A DNA stretch of 64,000 nucleotides from Candidatus Omnitrophota bacterium (GTDB lineage Bacteria; Omnitrophota; Gorgyraeia; Gygaellales; Profunditerraquicolaceae): contig QZKA01000027.1 of the NCBI GenBank assembly GCA_003598135.1, positions 20,788-84,787 of the forward strand, in the 5' to 3' direction. A model generated the notes under the pieces. The model was not told where the DNA came from. It searched no databases and saw only the letters and a program-made list of their open reading frames with translations. The position numbers were made by a program, and so were the translations under genes. Below, piece by piece: positions 46,911 through 56,264 of the stretch (its first letter is position 1; each line of letters opens with the position of its first letter).

Positions 46911-47879
46911 ATGGAACTAAAAGGAAAAAACATTCTAGTTACCGGAGGTACGGGTTTCCTGGGCAGCTACATTGTCCAGCGTTGCCTTGATGAGAAGGCG
47001 CGGGTGCGGGTTTTTTCTACGGGAGCGCAGCTAGACAATATAAGGCATCTTTTAAAGAACCCAAGGCTGCATTTTATCGCATCTGATATGAGCGATGCTG
47101 CTTCTTTGGGGAAGGCGGTGAGAGGGGTTGACCTGGTGTTTCATTTCGCCTCTTTTACCAAGACCCAAGAATCGTATCAATACCCCATGAAGGATTTCCA
47201 GACCAATGTGGTGGGCTCGATGCTTCTTCTGGAGGCGATGAGGGCTCACGGAGTGAAACAAATTGTTTTTGCTTCTACGGGAAAGGTGTATGGCCAGCCC
47301 CGCTATTCCCCGGTGGACGAAAATCATCCTATCAGCCCCCAGGAACCTTATAGCGTAGGTAAATATTCGATAGAAAGGTATATCTTGCTTTACCACAAGC
47401 TATACCAGATGAATTACCTCATACTAAGAATATTCGGCATTTATGGCCCCCGGCAACTCCCTAAACCCGGTTCTCTGGTGGGTGTGATCAGCATCCTCGT
47501 TGAAAATATATTAAAATACGGGAAAGTTGACATTTATGGCAACGGCTCGCTTAAAAGGGATTTTCTTTATATCGATGATTTTGTGGAATTTTGCTGCGCT
47601 CTCATAAAAAGAAACCGCTGGCAGCATATACTCAACGTTGCTTCCGGAAAGACTGTCGACCTAAACGGGGTCTTAAAAATCATCTCCAAGGAAATTTACC
47701 CCGATACATTTAAGGTTAATTATAAGCCTTCCTTAAAGAGCGACATAGACCTTTGTCCGGATGTTTCTTTATTAAAGAAAATTTCTTGCTACAAACCTAA
47801 GGTAACCCTACGGAGCGGGATCTCTCGCTATATAGCCTGGTATAAGGACATAAAAAGACATGGATCTGCAGCAGTTTAA
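46911..47879 (+). CDS. NAD-dependent epimerase/dehydratase
   Basis: TGGTGFLG, YSVGK (YxxxK), YGPRQ and RDFLYIDD. Confidence 0.88.
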   Translation: MELKGKNILVTGGTGFLGSYIVQRCLDEKARVRVFSTGAQLDNIRHLLKNPRLHFIASDMSDAASLGKAVRGVDLVFHFASFTKTQESYQYPMKDFQTNVVGSMLLLEAMRAHGVKQIVFASTGKVYGQPRYSPVDENHPISPQEPYSVGKYSIERYILLYHKLYQMNYLILRIFGIYGPRQLPKPGSLVGVISILVENILKYGKVDIYGNGSLKRDFLYIDDFVEFCCALIKRNRWQHILNVASGKTVDLNGVLKIISKEIYPDTFKVNYKPSLKSDIDLCPDVSLLKKISCYKPKVTLRSGISRYIAWYKDIKRHGSAAV

Positions 47880-48915
47880 TAGCTACAAAATATTAACACA
47901 CCTGGGAACGATTCGTAAATTCTCAAGGGGCAATAATCCCTTTCCTGTTTCCTGCGAAATTGACCCGAGCAATCTATGCAACCATGATTGCCTCTGGTGT
48001 TATTTCGTTGACAGCCGTAAAGGCACCAGGACAAACCTGAAAAAAGAAACCCTGCTTAGTTTAATTGATGACCTGGCTAAGGGAGGCACTAAGTCTGTTA
48101 CGCTTACCGGGGGAGGCGAGCCCCTGGTCAATCCCGCCACGATGGAAGCCATTGCCAGGACGCATGCAAAGGGAATGCGCGTCGGCCTGGTAACCAATGG
48201 CGGGCTCTTGGATGAAGGAAAAAACAAGGTTATTGTTTCTTGCTGTGATTTTGTCAGGATAAGCCTTGATGCGGTTGACCGGAAATCGCATAGTAAGTTG
48301 CATAAGCCGCATAACCCTACGGCGGATAATTTCGAGATGGTCCTTAAGAATCTTTCTTCTTTGGTGGCACTGCGCAGGAAGTTACGAAAAAAAATAACCA
48401 TAGGAATCGGTTTTCTCGTACATAGCGATAACTATAGAAAACTTTCATCTTTAGCCTCATGGCTTAAAAAAGCGGGCGCGGATTACCTGCAGATTAGGCC
48501 AATCTTTATACCGGGAAATGAGGCGATTACCAGGGTTTGGGTAACTGCCTATAAAGAGATCCGCAAGGCAATTGCCTTGACAGATCGTTCATTTTATGTG
48601 TTTCCCATAAAGCAGCGCTACGAAGAAATTATGAGCCGGCATAAAAATTATAGTTGTTGTAATATTCACAATTTGTTATCGGTTGTTGGTGCTGATGCAA
48701 ACGTATATATGTGTAGCCTATTCCGTGGTGATGGCCGGTTCAGTTTTGGCAGCCTTTATGAGAATTCGTTTGCTGAAATCTGGAACGGCAAAAGAAGGAA
48801 AGAGGTACTAAGGTCATTTGATATCAGAAAGTGTCCGGCGTGTCGTTATAATACGTATAACGAGATCCTCCAGTATGTATTGAACCCTAAGAAGCCGCAT
48901 GCAGAATTTTTATGA
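47860..48915 (+). CDS. Radical SAM protein with SPASM/twitch domain (paralogue B)
   Basis: CNHDCLWC, GGGEP and CPACRY; colinear with the 45852 protein. Confidence 0.88.
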   Translation: MDLQQFNSYKILTHLGTIRKFSRGNNPFPVSCEIDPSNLCNHDCLWCYFVDSRKGTRTNLKKETLLSLIDDLAKGGTKSVTLTGGGEPLVNPATMEAIARTHAKGMRVGLVTNGGLLDEGKNKVIVSCCDFVRISLDAVDRKSHSKLHKPHNPTADNFEMVLKNLSSLVALRRKLRKKITIGIGFLVHSDNYRKLSSLASWLKKAGADYLQIRPIFIPGNEAITRVWVTAYKEIRKAIALTDRSFYVFPIKQRYEEIMSRHKNYSCCNIHNLLSVVGADANVYMCSLFRGDGRFSFGSLYENSFAEIWNGKRRKEVLRSFDIRKCPACRYNTYNEILQYVLNPKKPHAEFL

Positions 48916-50069
48916 TGAAAATAGCCGATATAAAGGCGGTCGTAGTAACCCATGTGACTATTTCAGAGCCTTCTTTGGCTGAAGTATACGGCCAGTGTCA
49001 CGCAATAGCCGACTTTTTAAAAGAAAATGCGCAAGAGCTACTTTTTATCCGTCATCCGCTTAACGGAAAATTTTGCTCCCGGGCAGAACGATTCTCAAAA
49101 GATACCGTTGTCCCAACTGATACGGGCAAGAATACTGCTTCGGGGATAATGAGATACATCGCCGATGTTTTGACTACCCTGAAGGTAACATACTCGTCAA
49201 GCAAAAGCTGGGATGTGTTCATCGGCGTAAATAGCCTTAATGCATTCAGCGGAATTCTGCTTAAGCGGATGAAGAAGGTAAAGCGGGTTATTTTCTATAC
49301 TGCAGACTACGTTCCGTTACGTTTTAAGAACAGGATTATGAATTCAACATACCATTGGTTTGATAGGTTTTGCATAAGGAACGCTGATTTTGTCTGGAAT
49401 ATTTCTCAGGCCCAGGTTGCGATAAGGCGTACACAAGGCGTTTCAGATGCGCACAATATTCATGTGCCCCACGGCATAGATACGGAAAAGATAAAGCCCC
49501 AGCCAGTTGAGAATATAGACAGGTTCAGCTTTGTTATCGCAGCCAACCTTACCCGGGCTTTCAATCATACGCTTATTCTGGATGCATTTAGCGAGACGGT
49601 AAAACGGATACCTCACGCCAGGTTATTTATTGTCGGTACAGGTGAGTCAGAACAAGAGATTCAACATTACATCAATCTAAAAAATATAGAAAATTCAGTT
49701 TTTATGGAGGGTTGGATGCCTCATGAGAAATTACTCGCTTTTCTATCGCGCTGCGGGGTAGGGATAGCCATTTATACTTCTGAGTGCAGTTGGACTAATT
49801 TCTCCGATTCTTTTAAAACCAAGGAATACCTCGGTTGCGGCTGCCCTGTTATTATTTCCGGCGCCCAAGGCGCCATTAGTGAGGCGAAAGAAAGCAATGC
49901 CCTTATCGTTGTAGAGCAGACAAAAGACTCCCTCTCGCAGGCAATGTTGAAAATGCTGCAAGACGAAACGTTCTATATGCAATGCCGTAAGAACGCAATT
50001 AATTTCATGAAAAACCTTGATTGGCGCGCGATTTACGGGCGCAGCCTCAAGTTTCTTAATTCAAACTAA
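48912..50069 (+). CDS. GT4 (GT-B) glycosyltransferase
   Basis: P.GID, IVGTG and K..EY..CG.PVI motifs. Confidence 0.82.
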   Translation: MMKIADIKAVVVTHVTISEPSLAEVYGQCHAIADFLKENAQELLFIRHPLNGKFCSRAERFSKDTVVPTDTGKNTASGIMRYIADVLTTLKVTYSSSKSWDVFIGVNSLNAFSGILLKRMKKVKRVIFYTADYVPLRFKNRIMNSTYHWFDRFCIRNADFVWNISQAQVAIRRTQGVSDAHNIHVPHGIDTEKIKPQPVENIDRFSFVIAANLTRAFNHTLILDAFSETVKRIPHARLFIVGTGESEQEIQHYINLKNIENSVFMEGWMPHEKLLAFLSRCGVGIAIYTSECSWTNFSDSFKTKEYLGCGCPVIISGAQGAISEAKESNALIVVEQTKDSLSQAMLKMLQDETFYMQCRKNAINFMKNLDWRAIYGRSLKFLNSN

Positions 50070-50073
50070 GGAT

Positions 50074-51507
50074 ATGGACACACGCAGGGTAGTTTTATTC
50101 AATGCGCCGGTCTGCCAAAGCAAGAAAGACGAGATAGAGGAGGGTAATGAACACTTGCGTATCGGCATCGCTTCAATAGCGGCATATTTGAAAAGCAAAG
50201 GTGTTTCAGTCTTGATGATAGATACCGAAGATTTACCCAGCATTAAAAAGATGCTACGGGTCTTCTCTCCTCAATTCGCCGGACTTCCGGCATATACCTG
50301 CGAGGTGTATGATACCGCTAGAACGGCTAAGATGGTGAAAGAGATAGTACCAGAGTCCAGAATTGTAGTAGGAGGCCCGCATCCTAGTGCGCTTCCGGAA
50401 GAGACGCTGCGCGAATTTCCCGTGTTTGATCTGGCCGTTATCGGTGAAGGGGAAAAGACTTTTTATGAAATCGTGCGAGGGGATACGCGGATTGAGGAGC
50501 TCAAAGGGGTTGCATATGCCAGAAACGGTTCAATTTATGTTAATCCTAAAGCGGGTCCTTTAGAGTCTCTGGACGCGCTTCCGGATCCGGCCTGGGACCT
50601 CTATAACCTGGTTCGTTATAAGAAAATTTTTTGGGGTAAAACACGCAATGCGTTTAAAATTGTAAAAGATAATGATATGCTGTTTCTGCCAATTGAGAGT
50701 ATGCGAGGGTGTCCTTTTGAATGCCTCTTTTGTTTCCGTTTAAATGACAGGAGCGTACGCTATAAGTCACCTTTGCGGGTAGCAGAGGAGCTAGAGCGTG
50801 GCATCGAACAGTTTAATGCAGGCAGGTTTTATTTCGTTGATCCTACTTTCGGTATCAATAAGCAATACACACTTGAATTGTGTGATTTGATAGTAAAGAA
50901 AAGGCTGCAGGAAAGAATCGGCTGGGAAGTAAGCTCAAGGGTAGATGTGATGGATGAGGAATTATTGAAGAGCATGAAAAAGGCAGGGTGCGATACTATC
51001 GGTTTCGGGATAGAATCAGGCAACGATGACGTCCTTGAACATACAGGAAAGCATACGAATAAAAAGATGATCCTTGATGTCATAAGACTTTGCAATAAGA
51101 TCGGGATAACCGTAGGCAGCACTTTTATTTTCGGCCATCCGCATGAGTCCAAGCAAAGAATAAATGAAACCATCAAATTTGCAAGGAGCCTGCCTATTGC
51201 TACCGCAAGTTTCGCTATTATGGTCCCTTTCCCAGGCACAAAGATATATGAAATGGCCAAACAGGACCTCGGAGGATTCAGGATTCTGACAAAACAGTGG
51301 GATGCCTACGGCAAACAGGTAGGGATGGCTATGGAATTAGAAAATGTTCCCCAAAAGGAATTATTAAAGTTGCAAGCCAAGGCATACATTTATTTTTATT
51401 GCAGTTTTCGCAGGATTGCATTTCTTTTGCGTCATCTTACGTTTGCAAGGGCGCTGTATGCTTTTAAAAGATCCTTGTTTTTATTACGCGTTGATAAAAG
51501 ATCTTAA
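50074..51507 (+). CDS. Cobalamin-binding radical SAM protein
   Basis: GGPHPSALP, GEGE, RGCPFECLFC, GIESG, GHPHES and PFPGT. Start ATG 50074. Confidence 0.88.
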   Translation: MDTRRVVLFNAPVCQSKKDEIEEGNEHLRIGIASIAAYLKSKGVSVLMIDTEDLPSIKKMLRVFSPQFAGLPAYTCEVYDTARTAKMVKEIVPESRIVVGGPHPSALPEETLREFPVFDLAVIGEGEKTFYEIVRGDTRIEELKGVAYARNGSIYVNPKAGPLESLDALPDPAWDLYNLVRYKKIFWGKTRNAFKIVKDNDMLFLPIESMRGCPFECLFCFRLNDRSVRYKSPLRVAEELERGIEQFNAGRFYFVDPTFGINKQYTLELCDLIVKKRLQERIGWEVSSRVDVMDEELLKSMKKAGCDTIGFGIESGNDDVLEHTGKHTNKKMILDVIRLCNKIGITVGSTFIFGHPHESKQRINETIKFARSLPIATASFAIMVPFPGTKIYEMAKQDLGGFRILTKQWDAYGKQVGMAMELENVPQKELLKLQAKAYIYFYCSFRRIAFLLRHLTFARALYAFKRSLFLLRVDKRS

Positions 51508-51552
51508 TAGTGCTTTTAACGAAATACTATAATGAAGGGAGATTAAAATAGT

Positions 51553-52584
51553 ATGCTTAAAATAGGAATAATCGGGGCAGGCGGTTGGGGCCAGAATTTG
51601 GTGCGTGTATTTAGTCAGCTTCCGAATGCGCAGGTCTTAAGCATATGCGATTCTAATGCAAGCCGTTTAGAGTTCATAAAATCAAAATATCACCCTTTAA
51701 AGAGCGCTACGGATTATCGCGAGCTTCTTAAGGACGCCGAGATTGATGCAGTGGTAATTGCAACTTCTGCGGCGAGCCATTTCCCGATCGCCAAAGATGT
51801 ACTCACGCACAACAAGCATGTATTTGTAGAAAAGCCGCTGGCCCTCTCGTCAGCTGAGTGTGAAACGCTCATTACGATGGCTCAAGGCCGGCATTTAACG
51901 CTGATGGTAGGGCATACGTTCCTCTACAATCCCGCTGTCCGCAAGGCTAAAGAATACCTGGAAAAGAAATACTTAGGAGACATTTATTATATTTACACGC
52001 AACGGCTTAACTTAGGCATAGTCCGCAGGGACGTGAATGCGATGTGGAATTTTGCTCCTCATGATATTTCTATCATCATGTATCTTTTGGATAAGCTTCC
52101 TTCGGCGGTTTCTGCCCGAGGGCTTTCCTATATCCAGGAGAATATTGAAGACGTGGTATTTTTGAACCTCGATTTCCCCGGAGGCGCTTCCGCGCATATC
52201 CATATCAGCTGGTTGGATCCGAATAAAACGAGAAAGGTAACGATTATCGGCAGCGAAAGGATGATTGTCTACGATGACATCAACTCCGATGCCAGGATCC
52301 AGATTTACGACAAGGGGATTACGAAAAAGGCGAACGTCTCTCTTGAAGAATTCAATTCCTACGGCCAGTTCCAGCTTATTCATCGCGCAGGAGACGTGCT
52401 TATCCCTAAGGTAGATACCACAGAAGCGCTGCAGACAGAAGCTGAGCATTTCGTCGATTGTATCATCAATAAGAAAAAGCCGCTTTCTGACGGGACTAAT
52501 GGCCTTGCGGTCGTAAAGATCCTTGAAGCAGCAGACAGGTCCATAAAGGCAGGCGGCACAGTACAGCAGGTTACCTGGAGGTAG
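51553..52584 (+). CDS. Gfo/Idh/MocA oxidoreductase (paralogue 3)
   Basis: GAGGWG, EKP, GHTFLY, W.FAPHD and SWLDP.K. Confidence 0.9.
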   Translation: MLKIGIIGAGGWGQNLVRVFSQLPNAQVLSICDSNASRLEFIKSKYHPLKSATDYRELLKDAEIDAVVIATSAASHFPIAKDVLTHNKHVFVEKPLALSSAECETLITMAQGRHLTLMVGHTFLYNPAVRKAKEYLEKKYLGDIYYIYTQRLNLGIVRRDVNAMWNFAPHDISIIMYLLDKLPSAVSARGLSYIQENIEDVVFLNLDFPGGASAHIHISWLDPNKTRKVTIIGSERMIVYDDINSDARIQIYDKGITKKANVSLEEFNSYGQFQLIHRAGDVLIPKVDTTEALQTEAEHFVDCIINKKKPLSDGTNGLAVVKILEAADRSIKAGGTVQQVTWR

Positions 52585-52590
52585 CAAGAT

Positions 52591-53649
52591 ATGAAGGTCG
52601 CATCGATTATCGGGACAAGGCCTAATTTTATCAAAGAATATTCCATTAATCGCGCCTTTAAGAACAAGGGCATTAAGGAAGTCATTATTCACACCGGTCA
52701 GCATTACGATTTCGCTATGTCCAACATCTTTTTTAAGGAACTCAATATCCCCCAACCCGATTATATTGCTGAAATACTAAAGGGGCGGCACGGGCAGGAA
52801 ACCGCGGCTATGCTGTCTTTTATAGAAGATATCTTAATTCAGGAAAAGCCTACTCTCACGCTTGTCTATGGTGATGTGAATTCGACCGTTGCCGGCGCTT
52901 TGGCTTCAGCAAAGCTTAAAATCCCCGTAGCCCACATAGAGGCGGGGTTACGGACTGAATCCAGGCATAATCCCGAGGAAATCAACCGCAGGGTTGCTGA
53001 TACCCTTTCATCTGTTTTATTTCCGCACATAAAGGAGGCATATGATTCCCTCCTTAATGAAAGTTACCACAAGGATGATGTTTTTTTGGTAGGGGACGTA
53101 ATGTTAGACAGCCTCACCAGGGCAATAAAGGAGTTTTCGATAAAAGTAACGAAAGGAGACTATCTCCTTGTGACTCTTCACAGGGAAGAGAACACCGATA
53201 CGCGGCAGCGCCTGTCGAATGTTATCGATGCCCTGATTGAGTGTAAAGAAAAGGTCAAATTTCCTGTGCATCCTAGGACTGAAAAGAAGCTGCGAGAATA
53301 TAAACTTTACGAAAAACTTGCCCGTGCGCCCTCAGTTGAGATTTTGAAGCCGCTAGGCTACGTTGATTTTGTCCGTTTGCTCGCTGGTGCAAAAAAGGTG
53401 CTTACGGATTCGGGAGGAGTAAGGCGTGAGGCATACATGTTGAAAAAGCCGGTGATAACCCTGATTGATATAATCTGGGTCCCGCGCATGGTAGAGATCG
53501 GCTGGAGCAGGGTGGTTGATGTTGATAAGAAAAAAATTCTTGATGCTATCCGTACCCATGACCCAAAACTAAATACTTGGGAAAATATCTTTGGAGACGG
53601 TAAGGCATCAGAGAGGGTCGCTGACATTTTAATGAAAAGGTACGGGTGA
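52591..53649 (+). CDS. UDP-N-acetylglucosamine 2-epimerase (WecB/WbpI-like)
   Basis: GTRPNFIK, HTGQHYD, HIEAGLR, PEEINR, TLHREEN and TDSGG. Confidence 0.92.
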   Translation: MKVASIIGTRPNFIKEYSINRAFKNKGIKEVIIHTGQHYDFAMSNIFFKELNIPQPDYIAEILKGRHGQETAAMLSFIEDILIQEKPTLTLVYGDVNSTVAGALASAKLKIPVAHIEAGLRTESRHNPEEINRRVADTLSSVLFPHIKEAYDSLLNESYHKDDVFLVGDVMLDSLTRAIKEFSIKVTKGDYLLVTLHREENTDTRQRLSNVIDALIECKEKVKFPVHPRTEKKLREYKLYEKLARAPSVEILKPLGYVDFVRLLAGAKKVLTDSGGVRREAYMLKKPVITLIDIIWVPRMVEIGWSRVVDVDKKKILDAIRTHDPKLNTWENIFGDGKASERVADILMKRYG

Positions 53650-53652
53650 AGC

Positions 53653-54381
53653 ATGAAAAAAACAAGACTTTCTGTCGTAACTCCCTGCTACAACGAAGAA
53701 GATTCTCTTCCTATGATATTTTACCGCTTTGATCTGTTAGAAAGGCTTATGAATGACTCTGCCTACGATATCGAGTTCGTCATAGTTGATGACGGAAGCC
53801 GCGATAAGACCCCTACAATGCTGGCGTTAAAATACGGCAATAAGCAAAACGTCAAGATAATTACACATCCTACTAACAAAGGATTCGGCGCTGCCCTTAA
53901 AACCGGGCTGCGTGCGGCAAGCGGTGAGGTGGTGGTAACTATTGATGCAGACACCAACTATGACCACGAGGAGATTCCGGAAATTCTTGAGCATCTGTCT
54001 GAAGGGGTAGACGTAGTGACCGCATCGCCTTTTCATCCGGAAGGTAAATGGAATTATCCTGTTCACCGGTTTATTCCTAGCCGTACCGTAGTAGCGCTGT
54101 ACAAGTTCGTATTAAGAGGCAAGGCGGATTTTATGCATACTATGACCAGCGGTTTCCGGGTGTACCGTAAGTATGTCCTCGCAGATATTATGCCCGAAGC
54201 CAATGATTTTCTAGCCACCGCAGAATTGCTTGTCCGGGCATTGCTTAAGGGTTACCAGGTGAAGGAATATCCTACTGTGTTATACGAAAGAAAATTCGGC
54301 GTATCGAAACTAAAGACTTTTAAGACCACAATGAGCCATTTACGCTTTATGTGGAAGATTTACAGGGGGAAAATCCGATAA
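53653..54381 (+). CDS. GT2 glycosyltransferase (DPM1-like)
   Basis: PCYNEE, DDGSRD, NKGFGAA, DAD, TSGFR.Y and R..G.SK. Confidence 0.87.
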   Translation: MKKTRLSVVTPCYNEEDSLPMIFYRFDLLERLMNDSAYDIEFVIVDDGSRDKTPTMLALKYGNKQNVKIITHPTNKGFGAALKTGLRAASGEVVVTIDADTNYDHEEIPEILEHLSEGVDVVTASPFHPEGKWNYPVHRFIPSRTVVALYKFVLRGKADFMHTMTSGFRVYRKYVLADIMPEANDFLATAELLVRALLKGYQVKEYPTVLYERKFGVSKLKTFKTTMSHLRFMWKIYRGKIR

Positions 54382-54383
54382 CT

Positions 54384-56258
54384 ATGTGCGGTATCTGTGG
54401 CATATACCATTTTTCGGGCAAAAGGGTAGATAAGGAATCTCTAGTTGCGATGAGGGATATTATGATCCATCGCGGTCCGGATGGGGAGGGTTTGTTCCTT
54501 GAAAAAAATGTGGGCTTGGGCCACAGGAGACTAAGTATTATCGATATTTCAGGTGGAGCCCAACCGATGTTTAACGAAGATGGCTCGATTGTTCTGGTTC
54601 TTAACGGAGAGATCTACAACTACCTGGAACTAAAAGAAGACTTAAAAAAACGTAACCACGTATTTAAGACCTACAGCGATGCCGAAGTAGTCCTGCATCT
54701 TTACGAAGAATATGGACAAAACTTCCTGCCGTATCTAAATGGAATGTACGCGTTTGCGCTTTATGATAAAAGGAAGAAAAGGCTGTTTATGGCCCGGGAC
54801 CCGTTCGGGATAAAACCCCTTTATTATAAAAGGACCGGCGAAGGATTGCTTTTCGCTTCAGAAATCAAGGCATTGTTGCAATACCCGGGAGAGCGGCCTT
54901 GTATGGATAAGGAAGCATTGATGGATTATTTGACCTTTCAGTATGTGTTAGGAGAAAAAACTTTTTTTAAAAATATCAAAAAAATACTTCCCGGGCATAT
55001 GGTAGTAATTAACAATAGCGAATTCAGCATGAGTCGTTTTTGGGACTTGCCGGCGCAGGAAGAAACAAATCTTAGCGAAGGAGAGTGTCAAGAAGCGCTC
55101 TTATTAGCCTTGAAGGATTCAGTAAGGATTCAGCTGCGAAGCGACGTGCCTGTGGGGAGTTACTTAAGCGGCGGTATCGACACATCTTCAATAGTTTGCT
55201 TAGCTTCCAGGCATTTAGGATATCAACTCAAGACTTTTACTGCCGGATTTAAGGAGGGGGGGGTGTATGATGATACGGAGTTCGCGCGTGTAACCTCCCG
55301 ATACGCCGATACGCGACATTATGAAATTTTTCCGACTTCCGCTGACTTCAGTAATTCTTTTGATAAAATAATATGGCATTTGGATGAGCCTGTTGCAGCC
55401 CAAGGGATATTTCCGCAATATATGGTCTCAAGGCTCGCCAGTGAAAATGTAAAGGTGGCTTTGGGAGGCCAGGGGGCAGATGAAATTATCGGAGGGTATA
55501 CCCGCTACTATTTGCTCTACTTAGAAAGACTACTCCAAGAAAGGATAAGCGGAGTAAAAGACAAAAGCATTTCTTCCTTTCCTTTAGAAGGCGCTCTTTC
55601 GAATATCTCACAGTTGACAAGATATATCCCTCTCTTGCACTATTTTTTTAAAGAAAATTTATTCGGTCCGGTTGAAGAGAGATATTTCAGGTTGATTTGC
55701 AGGTGCGAAAACTTAAATAGCATTTTGTCGGAAGAATTTTTGCAGGACTCCAAGAATTATTCTCCGTTTGAAAGTTTCCTTGAGGTTTTTAAAGGAGGCG
55801 GATATACTCAACTGCTTAATAGGGTACTGCGCTATGAAACAAAAGCGTGGCTTCCGGCATTGCTTCAGGTAGAGGATAGGGTGAGCATGGCTTGCTCTCT
55901 GGAATCACGGGTTCCGTTTCTTGATACGCGTATTGCCCAGTTGATTTTCGGCATGCCGGTCAGCATAAAGTTCAAAAACGGGCAGACCAAATCTATCCTG
56001 CGCAAAACCGTAAAAGGAATTATTCCTGATGCAATCGATGAAAGGAAAGACAAAATAGGGTTTCCGGTCCCGCTTTTTAAATGGTTAAAAAACGACTTAA
56101 ATGATTTTCTTCATGAGAGGGTTGGCGATACTTGTTGTCTCAATGGAATTTTTAAACCCGCTGCCATTCATAAGATTATTGAAGGCAGTCGCGAGTTTGA
56201 CCGTGATGTCTGGGGCATTATGTGTCTGGAATCATGGTACCGGCAGTTTTTTCTTTAA
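54384..56258 (+). CDS. asnB: Asparagine synthase-like glutamine amidotransferase (sugar amidation)
   Basis: N-terminal MCGI, HRGPD, HRRLSIID, NGEIYNY, LSGGIDS-like, G.GADE and ESRVPFLD. Confidence 0.9.
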   Translation: MCGICGIYHFSGKRVDKESLVAMRDIMIHRGPDGEGLFLEKNVGLGHRRLSIIDISGGAQPMFNEDGSIVLVLNGEIYNYLELKEDLKKRNHVFKTYSDAEVVLHLYEEYGQNFLPYLNGMYAFALYDKRKKRLFMARDPFGIKPLYYKRTGEGLLFASEIKALLQYPGERPCMDKEALMDYLTFQYVLGEKTFFKNIKKILPGHMVVINNSEFSMSRFWDLPAQEETNLSEGECQEALLLALKDSVRIQLRSDVPVGSYLSGGIDTSSIVCLASRHLGYQLKTFTAGFKEGGVYDDTEFARVTSRYADTRHYEIFPTSADFSNSFDKIIWHLDEPVAAQGIFPQYMVSRLASENVKVALGGQGADEIIGGYTRYYLLYLERLLQERISGVKDKSISSFPLEGALSNISQLTRYIPLLHYFFKENLFGPVEERYFRLICRCENLNSILSEEFLQDSKNYSPFESFLEVFKGGGYTQLLNRVLRYETKAWLPALLQVEDRVSMACSLESRVPFLDTRIAQLIFGMPVSIKFKNGQTKSILRKTVKGIIPDAIDERKDKIGFPVPLFKWLKNDLNDFLHERVGDTCCLNGIFKPAAIHKIIEGSREFDRDVWGIMCLESWYRQFFL

Positions 56259-56264
56259 AAAGAA

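Noticed and set aside
52012-52755. 247-aa minus-strand ORF and the many other short antisense or nested ORFs in the track
   Set aside because: They fully overlap well-supported + strand genes and show no family motifs.
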